The translations under genes and the position numbers were made by a program. The notes under the pieces are model-generated. The model saw nothing but the letters and a program-made list of their open reading frames with translations, ran no database searches and was not told the DNA's origin. DNA of 63,482 nucleotides, counting the filler, from Reticulomyxa filosa (Eukaryota; Protista; Foraminifera): the NCBI GenBank assembly GCA_000512085.1. It is 12 parts of 12 records of this genome, joined end to end, with 100 filler letters (N's around TTAATTAATTAA, not from the genome) between each part and the next. Parts side by side here need not be neighbours in the genome. Positions count along the whole stretch, not along the records: positions 10,013 to 13,408 come from ASPP01006227.1; positions 13,509 to 15,569 come from ASPP01023305.1; positions 15,670 to 33,356 come from ASPP01004589.1; 9 more parts are not named here. The stretch is one strand, 5' to 3'. Below are positions 12,795-26,500 of this stretch, one piece after another. Within the stretch, counting starts at the first letter, position 1, and the number at the start of each line of letters is the position of its first letter.

Positions 12795-13082
12795 TGCTCT
12801 TTTTTTTTGTTTCAAATCACCAAATGTATATCGTTCTTTCCTTTAATGCCCCTTTTTGACATTGAAAAAGCGAACGATCGCCTCACCGTTCTCCAGGCAG
12901 ACAAAAAAATTTTTTCTCTTTGTGACAGCATTGTCTGATAGTCTACAATTGATTAAAATGTTTATGCTTAATTTTCCTAGTACCAAGGAACTTTCCTCTT
13001 CAGAACATACGTTTTCTTTGTTGGAATTTAAAGGGGATATTTTGGAAGAAAACTTTCTTGTTTGAGAAACGAAAAGAAAATA

Positions 13083-13408
13083 ATGGCGGAAGGATTTGAA
13101 TTAGGACTATTGGGTGTGTTGACTTTTTTTTTTGTTTTGTTTATATGCGTATGAATAAGAAATATTCGGCAAAAAACAAGTTCAAGCGAAAAACTTCTCA
13201 ACTCCCTCTTCCTCCTCCTTCGTCCTTCTCCAAGGAATGAGATGAATAAATTGCTTCTATATGTATGTGAACCGATCAGCATTACTGGCAGCACAGCTGG
13301 CAGGCCCGGGCATGATAGAAGAGCGTCTGTTTATCGAATGTCCATGCGGTGTGAAGTTGGAGCGAATATCGTTACAACGAACATATGGCCCAACAGTGAC
13401 AGTCCGTT
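13083..13408 (+). CDS. Hypothetical protein, 5' part, divergent from AP2M1
   Basis: ATG at 13083 (MAEGFELGLL), then a short GT-AG intron, then a frame open through ORF 13242 to the contig end. Confidence 0.4.
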
Positions 13409-13508
13409 NNNNNNNNNNNNNNNNNNNNNNNNNNNNNNNNNNNNNNNNNNNNTTAATTAATTAANNNNNNNNNNNNNNNNNNNNNNNNNNNNNNNNNNNN
13501 NNNNNNNN

Positions 13509-14400
13509 CATTGCGTATATTCCTTATCGCTCATTCCCCTCCACAAAGGCATGTCCACAACATTGTGAGCTCCGCCTGTCTCTTTCACAAATCCACTTTA
13601 TGGATAAAACGAACCATTGTTGCCATGATGAATCGATATGTAAAATACGTATCAGTCATTCCAAAACAAGTTTTGGGTTCCATTGCCATGATGAATATCA
13701 CTTTTTTTATTATTGTTGATATTATCATTATGGTGACGATTTTATTGATTTTTGATTAGTTGACTTTATTTTATTTTTTTTTCTCTGATATTTGTTGGAA
13801 CTTTTGTATTTATGTTTGATGGTATTGATCACGACCATTACATTGCTGAATAAGCAAAACCCCATTGAGTGTACTTTTCGCAGTGATGCCCTGGCAGTCT
13901 CACCACTATCCAATTCTTTTCTTATTACCCTTTTCCATCAGGTCGATGATCGATCCGACCGCCAGCAACTCTTTTTTGTGTCTATCTAACTACAAACGAC
14001 CAAAGGAGATGGGATTTATATTATAAAGTCTTTTTCTTGATATATAAGATCGAGTTGAAATCCTTTCTCGAATGCATATACCAGCTTCTGCTAAATCTTT
14101 GCAAAAGTATGTATCTGAATCAATGTAGTAGTAATCCTTCATGTACGCGCTCGAATCTTTGTGTCCATTCAATCTTTAGTAATATGAGACTCGTCATGAG
14201 TTAACAATAGTTGCTCTTCTGTCGCTAACGGGATATCTTTCCCCGTCACTTGAACACACTGACCAAGTAGTCCTTGTTTTTCCAACCCTTTTACAATCTT
14301 CTCCACTCTCGCCGGAGATTCTGGATGATTTTTTGTGCCAATATGCAAGAGATATTTTTCATGATACACAAGTCAATATTTTTCTTTTTACTATCTGGTC
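13509..14400 (-). pseudogene. Class II histone deacetylase (HDA1/HDAC6/10-like), disabled
   Basis: Motifs HPESPARV, ATEEQLLLTH, DSDTYF, VRLPGHHCE, MGFCLFSNV and DIHHGNGTQ are present. There are in-frame stops TGA (13652-13654) and TAA (13598-13600), and frameshifts near 14170 and 13867. Confidence 0.85.
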
Positions 14401-14876
14401 CTTTCATTTATTCAGGCAGTTTTTTTGGTGACAATTATCTCCTTTTCTCCTTGTACTTTTTTTGTTTTTTTTTTACAGTAGGCAAAAAAAAAAAGAATGC
14501 ACCAGATTAAAAGAAATGTAACATGTTAGAAGTGTTTGTCGTATTTGTCAATTTTCAAGTCCATTTTGTTAGTGACAATGAAATCTTGTTTCAATGTCGG
14601 AGAAGACAACACGACTTGCTGTTTGTCAAATGATAGAGTATAAGAAGAAGAAGTCGAGGTATCGGATGGGATCGAGGATTGTTCGGCATAGCTTTGAGCA
14701 TAAAGGGGATCGGTCATAAGAAGTTGGTTGCTAACATGTGCTGTTTGTTGTTGTCGTTCAATTTGTTTTTGTTCCCGCAACGACTTCAGAGCTCTTCTTT
14801 CTTCCGGCGTCAAGTTATTCATCGTACGCCATTCTTGCTATCTTCATGAAGCCAATAGAAGGGATGCTGTTTGAGA

Positions 14877-15564
14877 TTACCCGCTTTTTTTTTTGGCCCC
14901 TAGGCCATCAGGAGTATAATCACTGTGTTGTATCACACATGCAATATGTACATATATGTATAAATGTATATTTATATAACCTGTAAACTTGTTCCAACAA
15001 TTGATGATAAATGTCATTGCAAATTTGCTCTTGTTCTTTTGTTGGAACGAGATCGAGACTCCTTTCATCTTCGACGTTATTGTGCTGGAGGACGGTTTGC
15101 TTGACAACTTGCTGATGGATTTGTACCAACTTCTGCTTGTACTGCAAGGCCATTCCGTCGGGGTCCTCGTTCATTTTGAAGATCAGACGCGGTGTTTTGT
15201 GCATGTTGACGTAACTGGCCAGAACATCGCGTAAGGCGTTCTTGTAATGGCCCAGCACTTTGAGAGTGAGCTCGGATCCGAATGGTAACTCGCACAGCGA
15301 ATTATATGTCCACCATACCACTGCGTACTGTCGATGGTTGGGCATCGTCACGCACTTCAATTCAAATCCGACTATGTTCAAATTTATTTGTACGTGCAAC
15401 TTGTCATCATTACTGTTGTCGTCCATTGTTATGTATGTTTGTTTGTATGTGTTGCAAAATGTAAACACAATTGAAAATATGTTTTGGCAATGCATTGTTC
15501 CCCACGAAACACTTTCAAACTTGTAACTTGTACCCATTTTGGAGCTACGCCCAGTTGTCTCCAT
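14877..15564 (-). CDS. RbfA (ribosome-binding factor A)-like domain protein, probably organellar; partial, possibly decayed
   Basis: 'LNIVGFELKCVTMPNHRQYAVVWW...LKVLGHYKNALRDVLASYVNMHKTPRLIFKMNED' fits the RbfA pattern (V.vspD...A.Vyw...l..aag.lR..la..l.lr..P.L.F..D). Recognised by eye. Confidence 0.55.
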
Positions 15565-15813
15565 GTAATNNNNNNNNNNNNNNNNNNNNNNNNNNNNNNN
15601 NNNNNNNNNNNNNTTAATTAATTAANNNNNNNNNNNNNNNNNNNNNNNNNNNNNNNNNNNNNNNNNNNNGATCTCTTTGAAAGAAGGCACTAAGATACCA
15701 AAAAATTGGTGCCACATTAGTCTTGCTCCCTTTTTTCAGACAAACTAACATAATCTTGCATTTCTCTCTTAAAATTTGCTAAATTTTGGTTCTCTACAGA
15801 ATATTTGTTATCA

Positions 15814-16566
15814 ATGAACGTAAGAAAGGCGTTTTCACCTAAAATTGCTCTTATACTGCATTCGGTCTTTTTTTCTTTAGCTTTACTGCAAAGACAATTT
15901 GAGCTTGGGTATGCGTATCTTTAGTTTTGATTTGATTTGATTAATTTTTGGATTAAAAAAAAAAAAACAATAGATTGCTGTGGTTTATCATAAATGTATT
16001 TGTATTGGTCACATTATTGAGAGCGGTGTATACTCCCACTGATTCTAATCGATTAATGTGTTGGTATGTTTACATCCTTTCTATTTTTACAGATGTGGTG
16101 TCATTTGGAACTTTTGGACATAACCTGAGTAATGGAGATGGATATGAAGAGTTTAGATTCTTAAAAATCAAAAAAGATATACTGAATTGTATCTGGAAAA
16201 AAAAAATAAAAAATAAAAAATAAAAAATAGTAAATCTACTCAAGAATTCATCCTTGTTATGGCAATCACCACATTTCTTCCAAAACCATTTTTTGCATTT
16301 TTCATGTATCGATTTATGCAAGATGATGGAATAAATGTCAAACAAGGTAATCTTTTTTATTTTTAGCATTGAAACCAGACTGAATGAAGAATTAGTTTTT
16401 TTTGTTCAAAAAAAAAAAAGGCTTGAGAGACAAGCAAGCACTGGCATCACCACTTAATGCGGACCCAAATCAACAGCAAGGAGTTTTTGTTCATGAAGAT
16501 AATCAACATCCGGTCCAATTTGCTGAAGATGCCCCATTGAACACTCAGGGAGTACCTAGTCAATAG
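15814..16566 (+). CDS. AGTRAP: AGTRAP-family small multi-pass membrane protein (4 exons)
   Basis: Spliced product: KIALILHSVFFSLA...INVFVLVTLLRAV...ILSIFTDVV...EFILVMAITTFLPKPFFAFFMYRFMQDDG...VPSQ*. This parallels AGTRAP (KVILLGHW...TIFLDIV...GMAILSLLLKP..CFVYHMYRERG). Confidence 0.6.
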
Positions 16567-17058
16567 GAGGGGTAACTCAAATAAAAGGTGTTTATGTTTT
16601 TTGTTGGTTTTAATTAGTACAACTTTTATCTTAGTAATTACGCTCGCACTGTTTTTTTATTCAGGGTGTTTAAGGTAATAAATTTAGATTCAAGATCTGT
16701 TTGCATCGTAAGTGATAGATGATAGAAAAAGCATACTAGCTTATACAACACACTTTACATTTCGGCTGTGTTGCTCGAATAGTCTTTTACTTACATTATA
16801 ACATCATGTTTTTTTGTAAACATTTACATGCAGACTATTTACTCTTCAAATTTTTACGCTTGCCTTGATTCTTGTACTAGTGCAAAGACGAAACAAAAGG
16901 ATCTGAAAATTTTCATTAGTCGACTTTCCCGTTTTAGGCTATTGTAACAGTTATAATTTAGGAATAGCATTTGTTTCGAATGAAATAATAATGTTTTTAG
17001 TAGTTCCTTTAGTCACAGGGGGGTGAAAAAAAATGCAACAGGAGTGAGACAGGGTAGA

Positions 17059-18398
17059 ATGGATAATCATGTAGGAGATCCATTGTCCTACTCGTTGGAC
17101 GAGTTGGCACAAATGGAAGAAAGTAAAGGCTATCATAGAATTAAAAGCAGAAGAAAATATGCCGAAGAGAGAAGATACCATGTTCGTAAGCAAACAAAAA
17201 ATATCAAACTTTTATTTCTGTTCATAGTTTTTGCTTTTTTATAAAAAAAAAAAAAAAAATGAGTTAGCCATATTCCAGTAGAAGAAACGGAAGAAGTGAC
17301 AGAAGCAGAAAAAGTGGCAGAAGCAGAAGAAGAATACTCTCAAAAGAGCGGAAAGAGAAAGAATTACGTGACAAAAAATACGAAAGAGAAAGAGACAGAA
17401 AAAAAGAAAAAGAAACAGAAAAAGAAAAAAAAGAAGAAGAGGCAGTGATAGGACAAGAAATAAAATATTTGGACAAAAGATATCCGAAAGAAATGCATCA
17501 ACTATTGTTTCGACGATTGAAAGATTATTTTGAAAACAAAGCAAAACTTGAAGAGTATTTGCATGAAGCAATAAATGAATCAACGGATGACATGGCCGTA
17601 TTGATGAAACTGAGAGATATAATAGTCGAAAAAAGGAGGAAAAAACAAGCCAGCGACACATACAAAAACAAAGGGTACAGTGGACATATGAACTATGACA
17701 ACGAGCGGGCACATCACCGAAGCAAAGAGATCATAAAAATTTGGAAGGAGGGCAAGTTTGCAAATAACTCAGATAATTGTTTGTTTGGTGAAGATACAAG
17801 TGAGATAAAAATATTGGATGTTGGATGTGGCAACGGGGACATCCTTGCTATGATGGGGGATTTACTTAAGGTTCAAAATAAAAAAGAGCAGTTATTTGGA
17901 GTAGATGTGGACTCATTTCATGGGGAGTGTGTCCATCGATTTGAAAATGAAATAACGTTTGTTAAATACGATGGCACTAATTTAACTGCATTTGCCGATA
18001 ACACATTTGATTTTATTATTGCTTTGCAAACTTTGCATCACATTGAAAATTCTCAACAACTGAAAGTGTTGACACAAGAAATTTCAAGAGTACTGAAACC
18101 AAGAGGATACATTTTGGTTCGGGAACATGATTGCAATACGCTTTCTATGAAATATTTGATTAACTTGGAACACCACCTGTACTCTCAAGTTCTGGCTGAA
18201 CATGTTGATGTAAAGGCTTATACCCAATATAAGGCCCATTATCGAACGAAACAAGAATGGATTCGCTTGTTTCTGTCACTTCCTACACTTGTTCATCTCC
18301 CTCTTGTTAATGATGCTATCATCTCTTATTCAAACAACATTACCAACCATTATTATGATCGTTTTTCAAAACATCTTAGTGAGCTTTTTTATTTTTAA
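17059..18398 (+). CDS. Class I SAM-dependent methyltransferase (Methyltransf_11-like) with a charged N-terminus; 2 exons
   Basis: Motif I ILDVGCGNG; FADNTFDFIIALQTLHHI; RVLKPRGYILVREHDC. Intron at about 17186-17267. Confidence 0.85.
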
Positions 18399-18589
18399 AA
18401 AAGACTTGGAAAAAACAAGTGCAATTTTAAGTGGAACATGTACTAATCGGGTATTTTAAAATCCACAACAAAGAAGTGAAAGAACTTTCAAATATTGTCA
18501 GTGGCTACTGATGAAAATTCATGTATTGGTTTTTTTTTTGTATTTTCCATAATTTTTGTTTTAAAAAAGTTCTTTCTCTTCCAAAAATT

Positions 18590-21500
18590 ACATTTCGCAA
18601 GGACTTTTAAAAAATGACTCGCTTCAAGTTCCTTTTTTCTTTGAAGTTTCTTCTCAACACCAATTTTATTGGCATATCATGAACCAACGAGGTCATATCC
18701 ATAATCCAGATGCAATAGACTGCTATTGTCATTTCCATAATCAAAAGTTACTGAAGGAAGCCGGTCAAATGGACTTAAAACACCATTTTGACTCAGTGTG
18801 TCTGTCACGCATTCCAATATTGCTTTTCCATAGCAATGTCTCTGCAGCGTTGCTTTTTTTATTGTTGTTTACGTGTTTTTGTTACTGTCTCAAACAAATG
18901 AGTAATAAAAGATAAATATATTCGCAACAAAGATCTTCAATGTATTCAAGATGTTGAGCTTTAGTTGGGCCATATTTGGCAAGACTTTCCAACGCCAACT
19001 CTGAGAATACATCATATACTTGAGGCACGTTCTGCTGCTCAGCAATTTGTTGTCGCAGTTCATGCAGTTCAGAGTGTAAAGCGTGCATATAAATATCTGC
19101 TAAAGGCTGTACGACACACCCCTGAATTTGGAGTGAGTTGTAAGCATCGGAAGGGTCTTCTGATTTTATACTTTTACTTACTTTCTTATCTTTTTTATTA
19201 TTCGTTTTTTTTTTTCTTTGCGCTTTTCTTTCCAACGTTTTCAGACAGGTCACTTTTTTTGGTCTGTTTTTCCACTTCTTCTGACGCGTTTGCTTTTTTC
19301 TTCTTTTTGGTCTTACCTTTATGCTCAGAAGCAGGTTTCATTAAATCCTGGTTATTTTTCTTAGTTTTGCTGTTTGCATTTTTTTTACTGTTACTTCGTT
19401 CTTCACCTGCTGTCGATGCATCTTTCTTGTCTCATTTATTTTTGTAATGTTTCTTATATGTGTATCGTGCCCTTGATTTGTACATGTGTTTGTGTGTATG
19501 ACCCATTCAAAACTTCCGATTTATGTTGTTTCATTTTTAAGCAAATGTTGATTTGTCCACGTTGCAAAAAGGCAGCATTTGGACCAGGCTGCAAAATCGA
19601 AGTAAGATTTCCATGATTGACTTGAATTTCCTCCAAGATGACTTGTTTGCTTAGGAGCTGTACCAATAATCGGCGAGCTTCATTTTCTGTCTGTTTGGCT
19701 CCTTTGCCATAGGCAAAAGGCAAGTTTGTTTCTGCTTGTGTGTCCACCACGTCTTTTGCTTTGCTTCCTCGATATATCTTTAGCATCAAATCACAAAACT
19801 TTTTTTGATATTTTTGCCGATGCAAGTATTGCACAATTTCGACCATCGCCAAAGCCTCTTCGTTGTAGTTTTTATCGATTACAACATTTTCATCGTCTTC
19901 AGCGAAACTATCGCAAACGTCGCATCCCAAGCAGTGATTCTTGCAGTCGTCTCTTGAAAACGCGTTACCAAATGCTTGCAGCAAACAGATACGACGACAT
20001 TCGACGTCGTTTTGGCCATAGCAAACCATTTCATAAAACCTTGTTATTTTTCTGTCATTTGTAAATTAAAACAAAACATTATTGTTCTGATCTTGTTCCA
20101 ATAAATTTGTATTGTATTGTTTTTTTTTTTTTTTTTGAAGAGATATTGTCCCTCTTCGAGCAATATATAGCTGTGAGAATTTATTGTCATTGTCGCGCCT
20201 TTGGGAAATGGCGTGTTGCACTTTGCACCGATCAGTCAGCGTGAAATACAAAACGCACCAAGCCGGGGACCCATCTCTACCAGCTCTGCCAGTTTGTTGG
20301 TAATAATCTTCCAAGGATTTTGGCATGGTGATGTGAATAACGAATCTGACATCGTACTTGTGCACACCCACTCCAAACTCACACGTGGCCACCATCAGCT
20401 TGGTCTGATCGCTCTTCCACAGCAGGAGATTTTTTTGCAGTTCTTCGACGGCCATTCCGAAATGGACACAGACACACTCGAGCCCACTGCTTCGTAGCAG
20501 GGCTGCCGTCTTGTCTGCTTCGGTGTTATTCAAACAGTAAATGATCCCACATGGATTGATCACGTTGTGTTTGGATTGAAGGGTATCGAACAATCCACGG
20601 AGATCGGCAATCAAATCGATCTTCTTCTTTTCGCGAACGCACCAGTACAAGTTGGGTCGATTCAGACTGTGCTGAAACAAATAGCAGTCACGCATCCTCA
20701 GTCCATTGACAATGCTGTCCACCACTTGATTTGAGGCCGTGGCAGTAACTGCCAAGATCGGTACCGTGGGAAAGGCATTTCTGAGACTGCCGAGCTTTTC
20801 GTAGGACGTTCGAAAGTCATGTCCCAATTGACTGATGCAATGCGACTCGTCCACTGCAAATCGTCTGAGCAAACGCTTGGAATATAGCGCTTGAATGACG
20901 TCCCACAAGGAATTATTAGGCTCCAATGTCTCGACGTTGATATATACCAATGCGTATTGGCCACTTTTTGCAGCTTGCAGTGACAGCATCTGATTGCTGT
21001 TTCCTGTTGCAAGACTGTCCAACGATATTGCAGCGATTCTCAAATGCTCGCTCAACTCGTATATTTGATCTTGAATCAATGAGGATAGTGGACTTATCAC
21101 AACTGTTGTCCCTCCCTCACATACTGCCGGCAATTGATAGGTCAATGACTTGCCATGACCGGTTGGCAGCACCACTACGCAGTCCTGCTTTTGTAGCACA
21201 CATGTGCAAATCTCTCTTTGCATTGTTCGAAACTTTCCCACGCCCCAATGCTTTTCCAAATTTCGCATCAGTTTCGTGTCAAACTGGTGGCTATTCTTGA
21301 ATCCTGTCATGCCATCTTTCCAATCTACAATTGCCAATGTCCATTTATTTATTCATTTTTTTTGTTGTGATAAAAAAAAAAAAATAAAACTTTGTGAAAA
21401 ACACAAGATATGTCCAAATAGCCCAGTCCTCCTCTGTAAAAAACAAACACGTTTGTAACTGATATTGGCCAAGTCTTTTGTGTTTTCAATTTTGCCATTG

Positions 21501-23120
21501 TCAAAATGCGAATCAGGAGTGATCTCTCTTTTGAAGTGAGAATAGTCAATTGAATGAAACTTGTCAGTGCGAGGCAAGTGAAAAGTTTGTTCGTGCTCCC
21601 CCATTCTGTGTTCACACTCAACTTTGTTACCAAGTGAGACGTTGCCGTCAGAGTGCGAAACACAAGCGTTGACACAAACATTGTCATTAACCGTTTGGAC
21701 GTCTTGCTGGCATTCCAACTTGGTTAACTCTGCCGTGGAACAGCTGGAATGAACAACGTGCACTCTCGTTTGTGACAGCGCTTGATTTTTTTTTTAATCG
21801 AATCCCATTCCTTCTTGTCGCTTTGCCAGAGTAAATCTTGTTTCATTGGCTCCCACATTTCAATCAAATCAATTAGTAACTTGCGTTCATATGACAAGGT
21901 TTCATTCATCTTGCGGAGACTAGCAACCTGCTCCAGTTCTCCACCCAACTCTTGATACATTTTGTCGATCTCTTCCCGCATTTTGCGGCTGTTCTTGGGA
22001 ACAACAACAATAACAGCAATAATAACAAACAACAAAAAAGTGCTAAGTGTATGTGCACCGACATTGAGCACGCAGTTTGCATTAACAATCAAAACAACAA
22101 AAAATTAGACTCTTTCTTTTTTAACCATTTGTCCCTATAGCGGACAAAAGTGAGCTGATCAGTGATATTTTTTTCGATTAATTGAGCCATGAATTCTCGC
22201 TCTTCGTGTAAACGCTCGACGAGAGTAACGAGGTCACTTTTCTTTTTGTCAATGGGCTTGACTTCGCTGTGATCGTTACTCTTGGACACGCTGCTCGTGG
22301 TCAGACTGTTGTCGCCACTGGCAATGCTCGACTCATCGTTCATTGTCATTTCCACAAAAAATGAGTCGTCCAACTCGTCAAAGTAACTGGTGAAACCAGC
22401 GTTTTCACACCCTCGATTGCCTTTGTGCTCTTGTGATTCACTGGAAATGCGCTCGTTTGCACCTGTCTTTCGACACTTCAATCCGGCGCTGTTGTAGTCT
22501 CCGCTGTCTTTGTCGTTCTTCCGTTTTATCACGCTCCTCTTCTTTGTCGACGATTGGACAAGTCTTTCTTCGCTCGGCGCAAACTTGTCTCCTATCGTAT
22601 TACAGTCATGATTTTGATTGGTTGAAAAACTTTTTGATTGGTTGCAACCCAGCTCTTTACCTTTACGATCTCCATTACCATATCTTTATCACACATTTTG
22701 TTCCACTTTTTTTTGGGAGAGGTAAAGAAGGAAACTTTAATGACAACTCTTTTTTTTTTTTTGTTTTTGATTAATTTTTAAAAAAATAAAAATTGTGCAA
22801 CTTTTCATTAGTATGGACACTTTTAAACTGAAAACAACTCGCTTCTGTCATATCAAAGAAAATACTCTGTGGAACTATTGTTGCTATTTTGGGCAGTCTT
22901 GTACTCGTCTCTTGGTTCCACTTTTCGCTTGATAACATTGTTTCATTCTTTTTTGTTTTCAAAGGCCAAAGTGCACACGTCAGTTCGTCATTGTGCACAC
23001 TATTTATCACAAACTGTGCTCAACAAACGAGACAAAAGTGTTACAGTAAACTCGAGGGTGTTCTTCAGTCAAACGCACCATATATTCATTGAAATGTCCG
23101 TCCACGTCTTTATTTGTCAT
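18590..23120 (-). CDS. RecQ-family DNA helicase (helicase core, RQC Zn/winged helix, HRDC), multi-exon
   Basis: LPTGHGKSLTYQLPA; VDESHCISQLGHDFR; TATA; NRPNL; YYQQTGRAGRDG; CRRICLLQAFG..CKNHCLGCDVC; HRDC-like HELRQQIAEQQNVPQVYDVFSELALESLA. The gene ends are approximate. Confidence 0.9.
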
Positions 23121-23556
23121 GTTAAGCATCTCTTTTTGCAGCTTGGAAGAAACAAAGCAAAAAAAAAAGGACACAACGATTCTTACTTAGCGTGGTAGAG
23201 CTTGTGTTATTAATCTTCTTTACAAAACTTGTGACGACGTTTTTTAAACGCAGATATTTTCTAATTAAATGACTAAGATAGAATTGAATGAGTTATCATT
23301 GATTCTTAAAATGAGATAGCTACACAGTGGCCTCTAATATTCTCTTAAGTAAAATTGGGCACTATATTAACTTAGTTTTTAATATTGCGAAGCAATACCT
23401 TTCCTTGAAAAACAAAGGAACACAGGATTTGATCAAAAAATATCTCATAGCCAATCGACTAGTTAAAAGAAGCGGTAACTAACAACAGGCGCTTTCAAAG
23501 TTTTCGCTATACCCTTTTTTTCCCCTTTGTTTTAAATTTTATTTTTTTTTGTATAA

Positions 23557-26500
23557 ATGAAGGACCCAATGAAACGTGTATGGCTTGGTGCGCTAGCGTT
23601 TCTAGTGACGCTTTTGGTCGGAAGCACCGCAACCTCAGTGGAATGCAACAGTCCCAACGAGTGCGAAAACAAAGTGTTGATATGCAAAGACAGCAAAGTA
23701 TGTGAGTTGACTTGTTCAGGGGACTTTAGTTGCCGCAACGCGCATTATCACATTTCCGGGTCAACAGTAGAGCAGGTGATTATCCGATTGAATGGGCTGC
23801 ATAGTGGAGAAGGAATGACAATTAACTCGGTAAATAGAGAATGGAGAACGACAACAGTGCAGCGCGTCATACAAATATCAAGTTCCAATACCAACGCAGC
23901 CAAGTCATTGCGTGTATATGGTCAAAATAGCGACCTCATTGAAATGCATTGTTCGAGTAAAGACAGTTGTCAAGTTAGTGTCCCCAAATACAAATTAATA
24001 ATTTTTTATTTGCCCTTTTTTTTTTTTTAACCCGAGCATCTTATAAAAAAATATACGAAAAAAAAAATCAATCATCTCCCATTCCCCCTCTCCTCACTTT
24101 CCATCGTCCTCCTTATATGTTTCCCTCAATTTTTTTTTTTTGCAACACTAAAATAAACAGGTTTTTTTTTCTTTGCCTCATATATTTCAAAAAAAAAAGT
24201 GTACGTGGCTGTGTGTTGTGTGCAAAAATCTTAACAGGAAGCCAACATATGGACCACCCATGTCTCACAAGTGCAGTTGGATTGTCAAGAAACCGATTAC
24301 TGTCCACACATTTCTATGGTATGTATGTGTGGGACTTTTTACCTCACTTATTGTACCCTTCATCTTCATTAAAGTTTTTTTTTTAAGGGAAAGCAAATTC
24401 AAAAAAAAAAAAAAGGGGAGGGCGGAAGGACAAAAATTTAGTTTTAAAAAAACCCCTCCTTAGAAAACTACGTACACTATTACGCCATGATATACGTACT
24501 TGTTTCTTTGTGTGTTTTGGAAAAAAAATAAAATGAAAAGCATTGCGGAAGAAAATTTGAAACAAGTTGCGAGTTCGAATATGACGCCTTGACAGGATGG
24601 CGATGCCCGACATGTGAACAAATGGAAATAGAAACATCAGGCAAAAAAAAAAAAAAAAAGCAACATTATTAAGCTTGACCGCCAAAAAACAATAGTTTTT
24701 TTTGTGTGGTGTGTATAACCTGTTCATCCTTTTTTGTTTTTCGCATCCACACAAGAACCTAAATCGTTTATTTTATTTTTTTTTGTTGTTGTGTACATGG
24801 GAATATTTTGTAATGTTAAGACGGAGAAGAAGAGGGACCGGTGCAATCAAAGAGAGTGGGTCGTCGTTTAACGGGCGTTGGTGGAGGTATCGTAAGATAT
24901 TGCAATGGATATTGTGACTGTTCCGGAGACTACACGTATTGCAGTACATTTGTTTTTTTTATATTTATTTATTTATTTTTGAATTGTTTGAAAATGAAAT
25001 GTGAGACGAATTGAAAACAAAACAAAACAAAAAGTTGTTACCAAGATACGTTGATTTGCAATACACGAGTTTGCCACGTAAATTGTACCGGAACCTCAGC
25101 GTGTGAGCAAGCAATAATAGATTCGTCCAGCCTCGATATTGAAATTCTTGATATACGCTTGTCAGGAGTTCGAAGTGGTGCCAACGTAGAAATCATCGGT
25201 TACAATACCGACTTCAACAGCACGGTGTATCAAAATTCGTTGCGACGTCTCGAACAAGGCAAATCGCTGAAAATGACCGTTGCAGTGGAAGATAGTCAAG
25301 GATTCATGGGCGGCAGTATAATTGCAGGACATTTGGCGGACGTTAGCGTAATGTGCAATGCTTCGTACGCTTGTGCGTTGACTCGCTTTTCAACGGCCAA
25401 TGCTTGGTTGTTCCATTTGGATTGCAATCCAGATTTAGCGAACTTTGAGTCGGAATCGTACACGTGTTTGGATAGCGTGGTGTATTGTCCAGTCAGCGCA
25501 TATCTGGAGGACGACCCTTATATGTGTACCATTGATTGTCTTGATCAATTTAGTTGCCGAGAAATGAAAGTATTCCATGTAGGAGGAACGAACGCGATGA
25601 GTCTGTCGTGCGATGCCGTCGAAGATACGTGCAGCAATTTGAACGTTCGTTGTGGATTGGGTTTTGAGAATTCATGTATTTTTGATAGTGATGACTGGTA
25701 TTCATGTCCAAGTTGTACTGAGCTTCAAATTGAAAAGCCCAATGTGACCAATCCCAATTACTTTATTGCCGATTATTCCAACAAATTTTTGGGCCGAGAG
25801 ATTGTTTGTGATCGACGCTGGGGAGGTGATTCGTGTGTAATTGTTAGTGGAACCGCGGTGTATTATGACAAATCGACACCCGATGCGAGAGAATCAAGCA
25901 TTCAAGTCAATTTACCAAAGGCATTGTGGATGTATGGTCATTCGAAGAATTCGTTTCGACATGCAAATATCTCATTGACATCGTCAATGACGAAAGAAGC
26001 GCACCTGTTCAGCTATATGAAAAATTCCGTGTTTGAAAAAATCAAAATGACCGCTCCTTCGGAATTATTGGAGCTTCATTGCAATACACCGTATTCTTGT
26101 CAACAAACTGAAATATTGACAAATCAGACACAAAATCAATACGAAACGATGATCAACATTAATTGTGGTTCGAGTTTTGCTTGTTATAATAGTATGTGGG
26201 ATTTTACTTGGGGAAAGCACGCCGAAATTGTTTGTAGCGCGTTTGATGGATCCTGTGCGTCGACAATGCTGAAAGCGCCAAGAGCCAATGATACCGATAT
26301 CATGAATGGATTGTCAACAGTCAATTTGACCTGCTTCGATGATTCGACTTTGCAAAACGAAGCATGCCACAAAATGGTTTTGTATGCTGTTCGGGGATTA
26401 AGCGAAATGAAAATTAATTGCTGGGCACCGCAATGGGGATCTCAATCGTCTGCGCCATCCACTGACGCATTTGCTTGCAATCGTACCGTCATCTTTTGCA

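Noticed and set aside
13598-13654. In-frame TGA/TAA in the HDAC as stop-codon reassignment or selenocysteine
   Set aside because: The same gene also has frameshifts and a damaged RPPGHH motif. Other genes end at TAA/TGA/TAG, and long ORFs have no internal stops.
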